DNA from: Emiliania huxleyi CCMP1516
Lineage: Eukaryota
Length of the DNA: 64,000 nt
Assembly (NCBI RefSeq): GCF_000372725.1
Contig: NW_005201113.1
Coordinates: forward strand, 62,001 to 126,000
Direction: 5' to 3'
A program made the position numbers and the translations under genes. The first letter of the stretch is position 1, and each line of letters opens with the position of its first letter. This document shows positions 38,221 to 53,831 of this stretch, one piece after another. The notes below the pieces were generated by a model. The model had not been told where the DNA came from, made no database searches, and saw nothing but the letters and a program-made list of their open reading frames with translations.

Positions 38221-41200
38221 GCTTCCCGATCCTTGCGTCACGGCCCTTGGATGAGCGATTCACCAGCTGAAGTCCGCGGGCAGCTTGATTTCTTTTTGCC
38301 GTAGCGAGGATGTTCTTCACCTTTCTACCTACCTACCTGCAGACAGTAGACAAAAAGAAAAGAGAACAGATACTGCTAACGTGCTAGCCCCAGAGCACTA
38401 GCGATCTTTGTAAGAGCACTATCGTCGCTAGAAAGTGATACACATTGTTATGGGTGAGAACGGAGTTCTCTGGGTAAGCTCAGCTGTGAACTTCCCAGTT
38501 GTTTGCTCTTGCTTGCGCGTGGCCCTTGCGTGCACGCCCAAGCTCGAGCGGCATCACGCAGAGCGAGCTCTGCGCAGGTCCCGCGACCTTCTCGGGCAGG
38601 AGCCCACCTCTCCTTCCCTCCGTGCGCCCAACGATATCTGGGCAAATCCGCGCCGAAGCGCGCTCCGACGCTGACCAAGACGAACGGCCCGCAGAGGCAA
38701 AGGATGGCTCTGGGCAGGAGCCCCCCCTCTCGGGGGCTGGCGGGGGCACCGACGGGGCCCCAGCCGCGCCTCCCGCTCCCGTGGACTCGGCCGAGGAGCT
38801 GCGAGTGCTTCGCAAGCAGCTCGAGCGGCTCGAGGCTCAAGCCGCACAGCCCGCCGCACAGCCCGACGGGGGAGACCCCCCACCGGGCGGCGGCGGTGGC
38901 GGCGGCGACGGCGGCGGAGCGGGCGGCAAGGCGGCCAAGGACCGCGAGCGGGTGCGCCCCGAAGAGCAGTCGAGTGCCGCCGGGTGCCACCGACCGGGTG
39001 CCGCCCTGCCGTCATTCATCATGCGAGCCGCCTATGCCGACGCCCACCGCCCTGGCCTAACACTACTATTGTAGGCTCCGGCCTGCGGCTGCACGTTGGC
39101 CGCCATTTGAATGGAGGAAAGGGCCGCCTCTGGCGCCGACGTCCTCTCGTGAGGACCTCTGTCTCGCCTGTGAGGACCTCTCTCTCGTGAGGACTTCACA
39201 TCGATGTGGACCCTGCCTCGGCCTCGATCAGCGAGCCCCCCGGCCGCATCCCCACGCCTCAGACCACGGTTGGCACCGGTTGAGGGCGGCCTGTCCCCCC
39301 CCCCCCCCCACACTATGGCTCTCACCACACCATGAACGGTGCAGAGGTCAGAGGTCCTCATTAGTAGAGGTCCTCAAAAAGGCAACAAACCACGCCTTGG
39401 CTTCCTCTCTCACAAACGATTGCCACAAGAGAGTATCCGAGAGGCTCGTCACGCCAAACCATCAAATCTCTCTCTCTCTCCAAACCAGACGCACCCTTGG
39501 CCATTCTGCCCTGCGGATCGCGAGCAAGCGAGTACGGCGAGTACGGCCGCTCAGCGGAAGCAGCACCAACCAACAAATTGTCGTTCAAAAAAAAGTGGTA
39601 CGCAGAATCACTTCGGTGCGTGTTGGATATACAGTATCTGTCGGGCTTGCTTGTGAGTTTCGTCTTGCGTGTCCTCCTTGCTGGCACCTGTCTCCCAGCC
39701 TGCTTCTTGATCCAAACTGACACGTGAAGATTGCGGGAAGTTATTTTCTGAATTCTTTTCTTTCGCAAGCCAGTCGCCCACGAAATTCTTTTCTCTCGGC
39801 GGCTTGCTCTCCAGGCCACCAAACGCTCGGCAGCGATCGATCTGGCGCCGGAGCGGCGGCGAGGCACACGGGCGCCGGCGTGGCGCGGCGGCAGGTCCAC
39901 CACGAGCGGATGCCGCGACGAGCGCGCTCGGGAAGCGGCCGCGGGCGACGCTATGAGCTCTTCTTCTCACCTCGGCCGCCGCATCGCTCGCAATGGCGGC
40001 TCGGACTCGTCGGTGGTGCTGACCGTCGCGCCGTGGCAACCCACCGGTCCGGCCGGCCGCGAAGGCGCCGACCGGTGATCGCCACCGCGCCCCGCCTCGG
40101 AACGCCGTTTCCGCTTGGCGTCCGAGGCGCTCGGCGTTCCCGCTGGAGCGCGAGATCGGACCGGGTCGGACGCTCCTTTTCTCGCCGTAGGCACGGCTGG
40201 CCGGCTCGAGCAGCGGAAAAACAAAAATCGAATACGTCAATCCTCTCCGGCCAGCCTCGGGCTAATTAAAGCCGCAAAAAATCGGAAGGTTCCGCCGCCC
40301 CGGATTCCACCTCCCTGGCCCTCCACGCCCCGCGCGCGCGTCCGTATCACCGCCGCAGTCGGCCTCCCCGCCCCGCGCGCTGTAGGAGCGGCGCCCACCC
40401 ACCGGAGACGCCTTCCCCTAGACCGCCCGACCACCCCACCCCCTTCGGCAGGTGCCTCGCACGTATTTCGAGCGCGAGAGGCCTCCTTTGAGGTGGCGGC
40501 CGGCCGCCGCGTCGCGCGGTGAGGCGGCATGAGGCCGTCCCCCCTTCGCGTTCGAAGGCGGGCCGGCCACGGCACCGGCTGTCGCGGCTCGAGGGCGGCA
40601 GGCGAGCCGCCCCCCCCTCCTCCCTCCCTCCGCCCCTTCCTCGCTTCCCCGCAGCGCTGCCCACGGCACCATCTCCTGGTGCCCCGCTGCCGCCCCACCC
40701 GCCGCGCCGCCCGCCGCCGATGGCCCGGCCGCCACCGCCACCGTCGGCGGCCGCCTCCCGCCCACCCGCACCGCCGCCCCGGCCACTGCCACCCGCGCCG
40801 CCGCCTCGCCCAACGCCGCCGCCGGCCCACCCTCCCGCCCGTCGCCGCTGCCGCCGCGCCGCCGCTGCCGCCCTCCGGGCCGCCTCCGGCCCCGCCACCT
40901 GCCTCGCCGCCGCCCACGCGACTGGCCTCGCCGCCGCCACCGCCACCGCCCTCCCCACCGTCCTCCCCTCCGCTCTCACCGCCGCCGACGCGCCGCCACG
41001 CCGCCTCGGCCTCCGCCCTCGACGAGCCGTCGCCACCGCCCTTCTCGCCGCCTCTGCCGCCCATGCCGCCTTGGGTGCCCCCTATTCCGTGGCCCTCGCC
41101 ACCGCCGCCGCCGTCGCCGCCCCCGCCGCCACCGCTACCGCCGCCTCCCGCCCCGCCACCCCCTCCGACACCGTCACCCCCCCTCCCTCACACCATCCCG

Positions 41201-41712
41201 GCCGGCCTCCTCCGTTCTAGCCCCAACTCCCACACACCACCACCGACCTCCCCGCGCCCCCACACGCCGGCCCCGCGCACCCACGCCACCACCATCGCCC
41301 ACGTCGCCCTCCCGGCCCCCCACCCCGCGCCCCAGGCTCTTCATAGCTCCGCTCGGGGCGTCCTGGCGCCGCCTCCCCAACCGCCGGCATAGCCCTTCCA
41401 GCGCCGGCCGGGGGCTGCGGCGGCGCGCGGCGCGCGGCGGGCAAGCTGCCTGCTGGCGGGCGGCGCTTCTAGTCGTGATTTTAGTGCCGCGTAGGTCGCC
41501 CTTCGGCCACTTCTCGGGCGTGCGGCCGCAGCGCGGCGAGAAGGCGGCGCGCTCGGCCCGCTGGCGGAGGTGAAGCCCCCCAGAGCGGAAGCTGGCGGGC
41601 CGGGGGCGTCGGGCGGGTGCGCGGCGGCACCCGTGCCACCGGGACGGGCCGTGGTGGCCCGTGTGGCGGCCGTGAAGGGCCGTTTGGTGCGCCCCGGCGG
41701 CCTCCTGCACGG

Positions 41713-42244
41713 CGGCCGCCGGGGCCGGTTTGGACTGTGTTTGGGGGGGTGGAGGGGTCCGGTGGCCGGTGTGATGGTCGTTTGTCACCCTCCTATCACC
41801 CACTTACCGCCCCCGGCCGTGGGGGCCTCTCCAGACGCCGCCATTTATGATTTCAAAGGGTCCTGCCGACGCTCATCACAGTGCGGCGGAGGGGCCGGAG
41901 CCGGCGCCGCGGAGGACGAGGATGGCCGTGGCGGACCGGGACGAGCTCTGGGAGGTTCAGTGTCAGTGAGTATATTGTAGAGGTCACCCATGCGCACAAT
42001 ATCTTGATTGAGAGCTAAGCCAGGGGAGGCGATGCCGGGGCCGTACAGCAGCTTGATGATGCTGCGCCGGCGTGCGTCCCGCCGGCCGCCGGGGCCGGTT
42101 TGGACTGTGTTTGGGGGGGGGAGGGGTCCGGTGGCCGGTGTGATGGTCGTTTATGGCCCTCCTATCACCCACTTACCACCCCCGGCCGTGGGGACCTCAC
42201 CGGACGCCGCCATTCATGATTTCAAAGGGTCCTGCCGTCGCTCA
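41713..42244. repeat. Pair of ~163 bp direct repeats
   Basis: 41713-41875 and 42083-42244, with scattered mismatches. Confidence 0.85.
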
Positions 42245-43025
42245 GTCCGAATCACAGTGGGGCGGAGCGCCTACCCTGGGAGTGTGCGCTCTCGCATCTT
42301 GCGAATCAGGGAGAAGCCACGCCGCTCGCATTTTTTGTCGACGCCTCATCGGCACGCTGCGCACGTAAAGAGAGGCCACGCAAGGGCGCACAGCTCGCGA
42401 AGCAACAAGCTAAGCCGCGCCTCTCTCTTTACACCACGCGGCGTATCGTGCCGGTGTATTCGCAGAATTATGTCGGAACTAAGGTTGCCTACTACATGCT
42501 ATGGTAGGTGCTGTTTGCGGACCCTCGCAAGGCGGTGATCCACACACAGCCTCACCGACGCGCAGACCATGTTCCTCTGGCAGGACGACTCCTATATTAG
42601 CACCCGCGCGCCTGCCCGGGGCAACCTCGGCCACTCCCTCAATCTGCAGGTGCGCCGTCGCGAATTTGCTTGAAGCGCTCTCTGGCGTGCGCCTTGGTAG
42701 CAAATAACTGTCCGCCGATGGCAACTGTCTTGGCCTCGTGCAGTATCCTCCTGGGCTTCAGCTGCGGCGTGCCTCCGACAGCAGGCCGCTTGCGGCTCGT
42801 CTCTGGATTTGCGTTCTGCGTCTGAGCGGCGGGCGGCATGCTGGGCGGCTCGCTCGCCGTCGTGGGCTCGTGGCTGCACGTGATTTGTTTGAGCGCTCAT
42901 TGGCCACCCGCCCGGTTTTATCAATCCCCTGGAGGCCGTCGGCGCCGGTGTTGGCTTTTGCACACGGCGCGGCGGAATAAAAAAATTAATTCAAGGCGTC
43001 TGTCGCCTTGTCACTTAGATCGAAT

Positions 43026-43178
43026 GTGTATCGCGCGCCTTGCGGGGGGGGCGCGGAAAAGAGGAACCTCTTAGCGCCCTCGCCATGGTGCTGCAAGCAG
43101 CGCCGGGCGACGACGACTTACCGCCTCCCGGTCCCCCTCGGCACACCTCCGCTGCTCAATGTTTGACGACTCGAACCC
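43026..43178 (-). mobile_element. Short copy of the LINE 3' tail
   Basis: The reverse complement matches about 25954-26135 (gggttcgag...gcggtaag...gcgctgcttgcagc...gcaaggcgcg). Confidence 0.75.
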
Positions 43179-43607
43179 GTGAAGCTTCCCCTCGCGCGGG
43201 ATGTCTGTGGGCCCGAGAGCGATATGCCATGTCCGCCTTGCGTTTCATTACATCGAAGGCTAAGCTCTCAAAAGAATTCTTAAGATACAAGCCTCTCTCA
43301 CAGCACACTGGCACGACAAGGGCGCAGACTGGCGCGGACTGGCACACACACAGGCTCACCACCGGAGCCGCCTAAGCGACTCCGTTAAGAACGGCAATGC
43401 ACTCCGCACCATGCACAATGCCGCTCTCCCCGCACGCTAGCTCGTTCACCGTCTGCCACGCCACGGCGGTGTGGAGGACGACAGACAAGCGCTGCATCTG
43501 CAGCCCGTGCCAGTTCTTGGTGGTCCATGTGACCTCTCAAAAGAAAAGGCGCGCGCACCCTAGTGCAGCGACGAACGCGCACCACCGAGGTCTTGCCTCT
43601 CTCAGAG

Positions 43608-46472
<2,865 letters not shown>

Positions 46473-46883
46473 TACAGGTGAAACTTCTTTCCCAAGGAGG
46501 TGGCGGGGCATATGTTTCTTGCATGGCTTCTCATACGTTCTCATGAAAAGCTCACAATCGCGGAAGCTGGGGTTAGCAGCCTGCATGTGGGTCTCTGGGC
46601 TGGCGCTGGGACCCCTCTGTGCGCGGCTGAGGGTGAGGCCGCCTCGCTGGTGTCGGGTGTCGCGCTCGGTGCGACTGGTGTGTCGGCGACTGCTGCGAGA
46701 GAGAGGCCGTGCTTCTTTCCAACCAACCTAGTTGCGTTTTGCTGCTTCTGGCTTCTGCTTGGCGCGTCTGCCCCGCATGCGCATCCACCTATCCACAACG
46801 CGTCCGCGCCAGAGTGCGAGCCGTCCCTGGCGTGGCGCCTCCGCCCGGCATCCCGCCCCCCCGGACCCCAACGTAGTTACCTT

Positions 46884-47363
46884 CTAGCTAGCGTTGAGCA
46901 CGTCGGCCAGCTGTGCCAGCGCGACGTGTCCGTAGATGAGTGAGTCGAGCCGAGTCGCGAGGTGGGACGCCTGCTGCGTGGCGCTCAGGAGGAGAGCGGA
47001 GCCAGCCGCAAACACGTCCTCGTCAACGCCGCTGGCCGGGTCCATGGCAAGCACTGCGAGCGCCACAAAGGCGATACCAAAGCTGGCGAATTGGACCGCC
47101 GCGACATGGTCTAAATACACCATCGACATGAACTTGTCGTGGAAGGCGCGCCTCCGAAAGACAAACGCAGCCTTGGCGTACGTGTCAACCATCGCGTCAA
47201 CATCAGCCTCCTTGCCATCGCTGGTGCGCATGACGGCGGCGGCCTGCTCTGCCGCGAGGGAGCCGTAGCGAAGGTTCCACATCGCCTTGAGGTGTGCGAG
47301 CTCCTGCCTGGGCGCCTTGTGAAGGAAGAAGACTACACACACCAAGAGCCACGCCAGAAGCAT
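46884..47363 (-). CDS. Small hypothetical membrane protein, intronless
   Basis: MLLAWLLVCVVFFL... with further hydrophobic segments. Confidence 0.45.
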   Translation of the reverse strand: MLLAWLLVCVVFFLHKAPRQELAHLKAMWNLRYGSLAAEQAAAVMRTSDGKEADVDAMVDTYAKAAFVFRRRAFHDKFMSMVYLDHVAAVQFASFGIAFVALAVLAMDPASGVDEDVFAAGSALLLSATQQASHLATRLDSLIYGHVALAQLADVLNAS

Positions 47364-48153
47364 CCCGCCGGCGAGCGAGGCCGGCCGAATATGAAAAGAA
47401 TTTTGCCGTCGAAGAAAAGAAACCTGGCTGCGACTTTTTTTTGTTTTAACTACTCCGTCTGTGGCGTGACTTGCGCGCGCGCCGCGGCGCGGCGGGGCCA
47501 GCGATGTCGCGATGGTAGCTGCACGTGTCGCTGGTCTGACTTTTTTGTCGCTGGCAAATGTTCGCATCTACTGCCACTTGGTCTGTTGATCTGTCTGGGA
47601 CCGGGACAAATTGCGATGTACACACATACGGTGTCGCTGCGCGCGACAGGGTCGCACCCCTACGGCTCTAACCGCGGCCGGACTAACTACCGCACCCCGG
47701 CACGGATTCACGTGGTTTTCGCAGCCAGGCGTTTCGCAGGCGTTTCACGAGGGCTTCACGAGTTTCACGACAGGGGTTTTGCTCGTTTCGCGGGCGTTTC
47801 GCGGGCGCTCAGGCGCTACATACTTTAAATATCTGACTTCGTTTAATAATAAACAAAGAAACTCAATCGTTTCCGCAAGGGGAGAAGCCGGGGGGCGGCG
47901 TGATAACGGTATCCCGCACCGCCAGGGCCCTATTCTACAGCCGCCGCCGCCGCGCACCTCGGCTCCGCCGCGCCCCAACGTCCCAACAAGACGTGCGTGG
48001 GTACGTGGCGGGGGGCGCTGTCGACTGCGTGCACTACTTCAGTCTCCAGCGCCGGCGGGCGCGTGGCGGGGGACAGGCCGGAGGCTTGGGCGCCGGGGGA
48101 AGGGAGTGTGGGCCACGGTCGCCCGCTCTCTCCGAGAGGAGCTCTCGCATGCT

Positions 48154-49390
48154 CTAAAAGGCTGGCCCCCACTCAAAACCAGCGGGCGGCGGCGTGTCGG
48201 CGGGCGGCGGCGTGTCGGCGGGCGGCGCCTCGGCCTCTGACTCTGCCTCCCGCGGCGCGGCGTCGGCCCGGGCGCCGCCACCCTGCACCTTACGCAACAT
48301 CGTGATGGTCTCGATGCACTCCTGCACGACCGAGTCGGGGGTGGAGGCGCCCGAAGTGACGCCAATGCGGACGGGGCGGCCCGAGGGCAAAAAGTTGTCC
48401 GTGACGAGGATGGCGCCTGCACAACGACCGCCGGGGTGGGGACCAGCTCCTTTTACCCACCTCTACTAGTGAGGTGCGCTTTTTGTTTCTTAGTTTCTTT
48501 ATTTCGCGCCGTGGACGTCGCGGTGCTCGATCGCGTTGTCCGGCCGGATGCAGGACGCCTAACCGGGGATGCATTCCTTTATTCATTCACTGTCAACAAA
48601 TCGCGTGTCGTCCGGCCGGATGCAGGGTGCCTCGTTGACGTGGTAGCCGCTCAGCCCCTTCTCGTGCGGGATCTCGAGGAGGTGCGCCTTCACAAGGAGG
48701 AGAGTGATGAGCCACCAAGACACGGCACAGTAGCTGATAGACGGGATCTCTCGAGTCCGGGGTGCGCCGTGTTGGAGGAGTCCCAGCCGCCAACGACCAG
48801 GATGAAGTCAAGCTCTTTGTCGCCCGCGAGCGCCTCGTCCGACATCTCGTTGACAGCGTCCTGCCGGACCTGCGTCGCGTCGCAGATGGTGTCGAAGGCG
48901 GCGAAGTGGTGCTTGACGTTCTCCGGACCATGCACCACCATCATCGTTTTCTCGAGCAGCTTGCCGATTGCCTGCGTCTCCTTCTTGTACATGGTGGTCT
49001 GGTTGGCGAGCCCAATCTTCTTGAGGTGCTTGCGCGGGTCAAAGTGCGGCGAGGCGGCCTTGCGGTACTTGTCCATGAACTCCTCGTCTGTGAGGCAGCC
49101 TGGCTCGCCGAGGATGTAGGAGGCGACCTACTCAGCCACGGCTCCTCACGATTCAGTCGGCGGAACAAGAGTCCACCAGCCCCTCGTCGAGGATGTAGGG
49201 GGCGACCTCTTGCGCCTGCGCCATGTCCTTGATGATGAGGTACGTCTCGCACATCGACGCCGTGGCGATGGCCTCCTCGTGCTGGTACTTTCCGTGGATC
49301 AGGGACGTCATCTCGGACAGCTGGTGCTTGTCGACGGTGGTCCACACCTTTTGAGGTGTCGCGGGCAGCGGGTGGCGGGCGGAGAGAGAG

Positions 49391-49453
<63 letters not shown>

Positions 49454-50962
49454 GAGAGAGACAGAGAGAGAGAGAGAGCCGAGAGAGGGAGCAAGCCACC
49501 TTTGAGACCCACGGGCAAGTCGTGTCGACGGTTGTGACCCCCTTCGCGTCCAGCAGCGACATCTCCTCAAGCGAGGCGCCAAACGCGGGCAGGATGACCT
49601 GCAGACATGTCTCGGGACGTGTCGCGGACGCGTCACAAGCTCCTCGAGCAGCGAGGCGCCATAGGCGGGCAGCAGGACCACGTCGCCCTCGCCGACGTCG
49701 TCGAAGCGCTTGCCGCCCTCCAAGGCGGCGTCCTACATTCACACGTAGTGTCCATTCATCAACCACCCTTTTCCGCTTGCCCCCCCCCCCCCCCCGAGTC
49801 GGCCGTCCTTCTCCATGAACTCGATGTCCATCCCCTTGAGCAGGTCGTTGACGCCAGGGTTGTGGATGAGCTCGTTGGTGATGTGCATGCGCTTGTCCGG
49901 GTAGGCCTTAAGGCGAGATGGCAGCCGAGGTGGTAGCCGAGGTACAGCCGTGCAGCCGAGATACAGCCGAGGTACAGCCGAGGTACGGTCGAGGTGCAGC
50001 CGAGATTCGATCGAGGTACGGCCGAGATCTCGTGTAGCAAGAGGCGAGGTCCAGCCGAGCTCGATCATCAATCATCGGTGGAGTGGACAACTACTCGCCT
50101 CGCGAGCGGCCCACGCGAGCTCGATCGAGCGCTCGACGCCCCAGCAGAAGCCGTACTCCTTTGCGAGCACAAAGGTGAGGTCCGTCCCCTCGACACAGAG
50201 CTCTCGGAAGGTGTCCGCCTACAGGACAGGTCTCGGACATGTCGTGGACGTGTCCTGGTCATGTCCCCTCGACACAGAGCTCTCGGAAGGTGTCCGCCTA
50301 CAGGACAGGTCTCGGACATGTGATGGACGTGTCCTGGTCATGTGCCCTCGACACAGAGCTCGCGATAGGGGCCCGCCTTCATCTCCTCGATCAGCTCGCC
50401 CGCGAATCGCTCGCTCATCTTCTCGCGCACCTGCCCGCCGATACGGAGAGCTGTGTGCACGTGCGTGCGTGCGTGCGTGGCTGCGGCTTGTGTGCGTATG
50501 TGAGTGTGTGTGCGCGCGCGTGAGCGGTGAGCGCGCTACTCGCTTTGGCTGCGTGGGTACCCACCTCTCCGTGGATGCTGAGATCGAACGGGTTGCCCCC
50601 GCGTTTGTACCGCTTCTGCTTCATGATCTTGTTGCGTTTGTTCTTCTTCGTGTCTCGCTCGTTCGGCCTCACGCCTAATCGCGTCTCACATGCAAGCCAG
50701 TCACAGGCCGTGGCGCCAGACGAGGTGACGCGGCGGCGGCGGAGGGAGGCGGCCCACCCTCGTACTTGGACGCCAGTCCAGGCCGCTCGTTTCTCGTCGG
50801 GTTCTTGGCTCGTGCCTCGTCTGCCGTCGGCGCCTTGACCTTGTGGTAATCCATCGCCGGGAGGCACCGGCGCACGCCGCGCGTCTGATGAGAGCGGAGC
50901 GGGGCGACGCGGAGTGCGGACACCGAAACCAGCAGGAGAAGCAGCGAGACGAATATGATCAT
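48154..50962 (-). CDS. ispH: 4-hydroxy-3-methylbut-2-enyl diphosphate reductase (HDR/IspH/LytB), plastid-targeted, many introns
   Basis: [87 protein letters not shown], plus a signal and transit peptide at the N-terminus. Confidence 0.95.
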
Positions 50963-51316
50963 TGTGCTTTGGGTTCGACGGTGTCCAGCCGGTACCGAGG
51001 GAGGTTTGTTTCTTTTTGAACGCCGCGTGCACGCAGAGTGCCCAGGCGGTCCCTTGTCGGCGATAAACGCGACACGGTTCCGCGCCGCGCGCACGCTATT
51101 GCCCCGCCTAGGTGGGAAAGAGATGAGGAGATGGGACAGCGAATGAGAAGAATAGAAACAGGAAGGGAGGTTAAGTAGTGCGTCACCCCGGCTTCCCCTG
51201 CGAGGCAAAGGTGACGGCTTTTTCCTCTTCGCCGCAGCGAAATTCTTTTCGTGTCGATTTTGTTGGTACCGCCTGGGCACTCTGCGTGCTCGAGCCACAG
51301 TTCTCCTTCAGCCCAC

Positions 51317-52740
51317 ATGCATCTTCTCCTCCTCGGTTTCGCTCCCCTCACCCTCATCCCGCACACACCTACACCGCCTTCACCGGGCATAGCGCATCGG
51401 CTAGCTCCGGGCGGCATGCCACGGCGAGCTACACCGGCCCCGGGCATCGCGCGGCGAAGCACCCGCATGTGCATCAACTGCTGGCACACGTCGGACGATC
51501 GCCACCTCTCGCTGCTCCCCTTCTCGGCCGGCGACGCCATGCTTCCAGGCGAGAAGCGGACGCTGCTGCTGCGCGACCGCAAGGAGATACGCCTGCTCGA
51601 GCGCGCCTGCAAAGCGGATCACATGATATTCGGCCAGCTCCTCCTCTACTCGAACTTCTTCGAGGACGGCCGGGAGGCTTGCGTGCCCAGCGCGTGCGTC
51701 CCGCTCCTCCAAGTCTGCGAGATTCGAGAGCCTCGCGACGCTGGAGGCGTGGAGGGCGCCATATGGACCGCCGTCAAGTGCGTCGGCCGGGCGCGACTCG
51801 AGACGGAGCCGCGGGTGCAGCCGCGAGGCTTCCTCCTATCCCAGGCGTCCGCCGTCCCCGACTCGTGGCGGGCCGGCGGCTGTCAGGCTGGCGGCGGGCC
51901 GGCCGAGGATGACTGCGGCCTAGTCGCTGCGCAGGCGGAGGCGGCGCTGCTGGAGGTCCGCTCGCTTCAGGACACGTGCCGCTTGCTCGAGCGCGAGTTG
52001 CAGGCGATCTGCGGGTCCGCGCCGCCACCGGGTGGGTCGGAGGCGCGGGGCGCGGAAGAGGGACGGCTCGGCTCGACCTCGCTGCTCAGCTCGACCTCGC
52101 TGCTCGGCTACGGCGACGCGTCCCGCTACACTCGCGCACCGCTTGGATCGAGGCTCGACACAGAGGCGCGTCGAGAGAGGTAGCCGAGGTGTAGCCGAGG
52201 TGTAGCCGAGGTGCAGCCGAGGTGTCGCCGAGGTGCAGCCGAGGTGTAGCCGAGGTGTAGCCGAGGTGTCGCCGAGGTGCAGCCGAGGTGCAGCCGAGGT
52301 GTACCGAGGTGTAGCCGAGGTGTCGTCGAGGTGTAGCCGAGGTGTGGCAAGCAGCATGTCTCCTCCGAGCCTCGGTCTCCACCACGCCGGTACACAACCC
52401 CTCCACCGCGTCCGCCTTGACACCCAACCGTTGACACCCAACCCCCGGACGCCGGAAGGTTAGCGAGCGGCGAGCCGTGCTGCTGCAGAACGGGCTCGAC
52501 GAGGCGCCCTCGGCGTTGCTGCGCAAGCTGCACGGCGCGTGGGGCGCGCGCAGTGAGCGGGAGGCGCAAGTTCAACTCGCATCGTGGGCGGGCTTCGCGT
52601 GGCTGAGCGGAGAGGAGCGGCTGAGCGCGCTGCGGTCGCGCTCGCCGGTCGAGCGGCTACAGTGGGCGCGGGCGGGGCTGGCCAAGGTGAGGCAGCGGCT
52701 GGCGACGGAGCTGGCGCTGCAGCGGGTGATTGCTAAGTAG
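51317..52740 (+). CDS. LON peptidase N-terminal (substrate-binding) domain protein, likely organelle-targeted; intron near 52180-52458
   Basis: LLPFSAGDAMLPGEKRTLLL...RLLE, KCVGRARL and ERLSAL...ERL are typical of stand-alone LON_substr_bdg proteins. Divergent from ispH across about 350 bp. Confidence 0.7.
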
Positions 52741-53432
52741 GACGCCCCTCGCCGACCGGGACGCGGGAGCGTTGCATAGTGTCGTCGTGTGTAAATAAAT
52801 AAAAAACATTTCTACTGTGGGTAAAAAGGAACAGCAGGGTCCGCCCGCCCCCGGGCGTGCGATCGCTTTGTGCAGGGTTCTTTGTCGTGTCGAGCGTGTG
52901 CGGGCGCACACCTCGTAATTTTTGCGGTTCATCTCCCCCCGCCTGTGGCCTGTGGCGCCATCTCTGTACGTACACTTTATAGCACTAAAGCTCTATTGGT
53001 ATTTGGTTTACGCTCGCGGGGAGTCTCGGGAGACGACCGGCAACGGCAACCGGAAAACTCCGCGCCGGCCGCCGCGAGACCGAGAGCCCCGAGAGCTCCG
53101 GCGAGAGGGGAGAGGCGACTGAGAGGAGGGGGCTGCGCCTGCGGGGCAGATACGAGATAGCCAGGAGATAGCCCCAGGGCGTAGGGGCTTGTCCCTTGAT
53201 CCCCTTGAAGTAGAGTGTTGTACTCTCGCGCCTCTCAAGGACAACGTACAAAATAAGACAGTACTCTCCACGAGCCGTTCGCGACTCTCCAGATCCCCCC
53301 GTCGGTACTAGGAGCTACTAGAGGACATACATCAGTATCGCCCAAGCCCATGCGCCATGCACCGTCCACCGAAGGTCTCTACTTTATAATCACCGCGTAA
53401 TATCTAATCAGCAAGAACCCGGGGGCGGGGAG

Positions 53433-53785
53433 TCATATGCTCTTCCGCCTGTCCTCGAGGTCAAGCTCGAGCTGCACCGCCGCCATGCGGCCGACCAGCT
53501 GCTCGACCACGTCGCACCACGCCTCGAGGTCCTCGAGCATCTCGAGCTGGGTGGGCGCCAGGCGAGGGAACTCCTGAGGCACCGCGCGCAGCGCGAGCGA
53601 CATCGAGTTTTGGCTGAGCCAGCCGTTGAACGGCTGCAGCGTCGCCGCGTACCCCCTCTCCACCTAGATCGAGGTACAGCCGCTCGTCAGAGCCCGTCCT
53701 TTGAGCACCGCGTCGCCGCATATCCCCCCCCCCCCCCCCCTTCCACACCAGCTCCTTGAGCGAGACGTCCCCCGTCGGACTGCCT
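53433..53785 (-). pseudogene. 3' fragment of glycolipid transfer protein (GLTP-domain) gene
   Basis: DVSLKEL|VERGYAATLQPFNGWLSQNSMSLALRAVP...LDLEDRRKSI* resembles the GLTP consensus AY..TL.P.HGW....F..AL.A.P. The 5' exons are absent. Confidence 0.6.
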
Positions 53786-53831
53786 GCAGGGGGGTGCGGT
53801 GGTGGTGGTGGTGGTGGTGGTGGTGGTGGTG

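Noticed and set aside
38499..39074. Gag-like ORF after tgttatggg
   Set aside because: No LTR pair, PBS, zinc knuckle or pol sequence.
40237..41392. Long Pro/Ala/Gly-rich ORFs
   Set aside because: Extreme GC low complexity leaves several frames open. No domain or clear start, although a polyproline gene fragment cannot be excluded.
42592..42839. Possible DCL/DUF3223-like start (AIGGQLFATKAHARERFKQIRD)
   Set aside because: Too short and stops immediately, so the similarity is not supportable.
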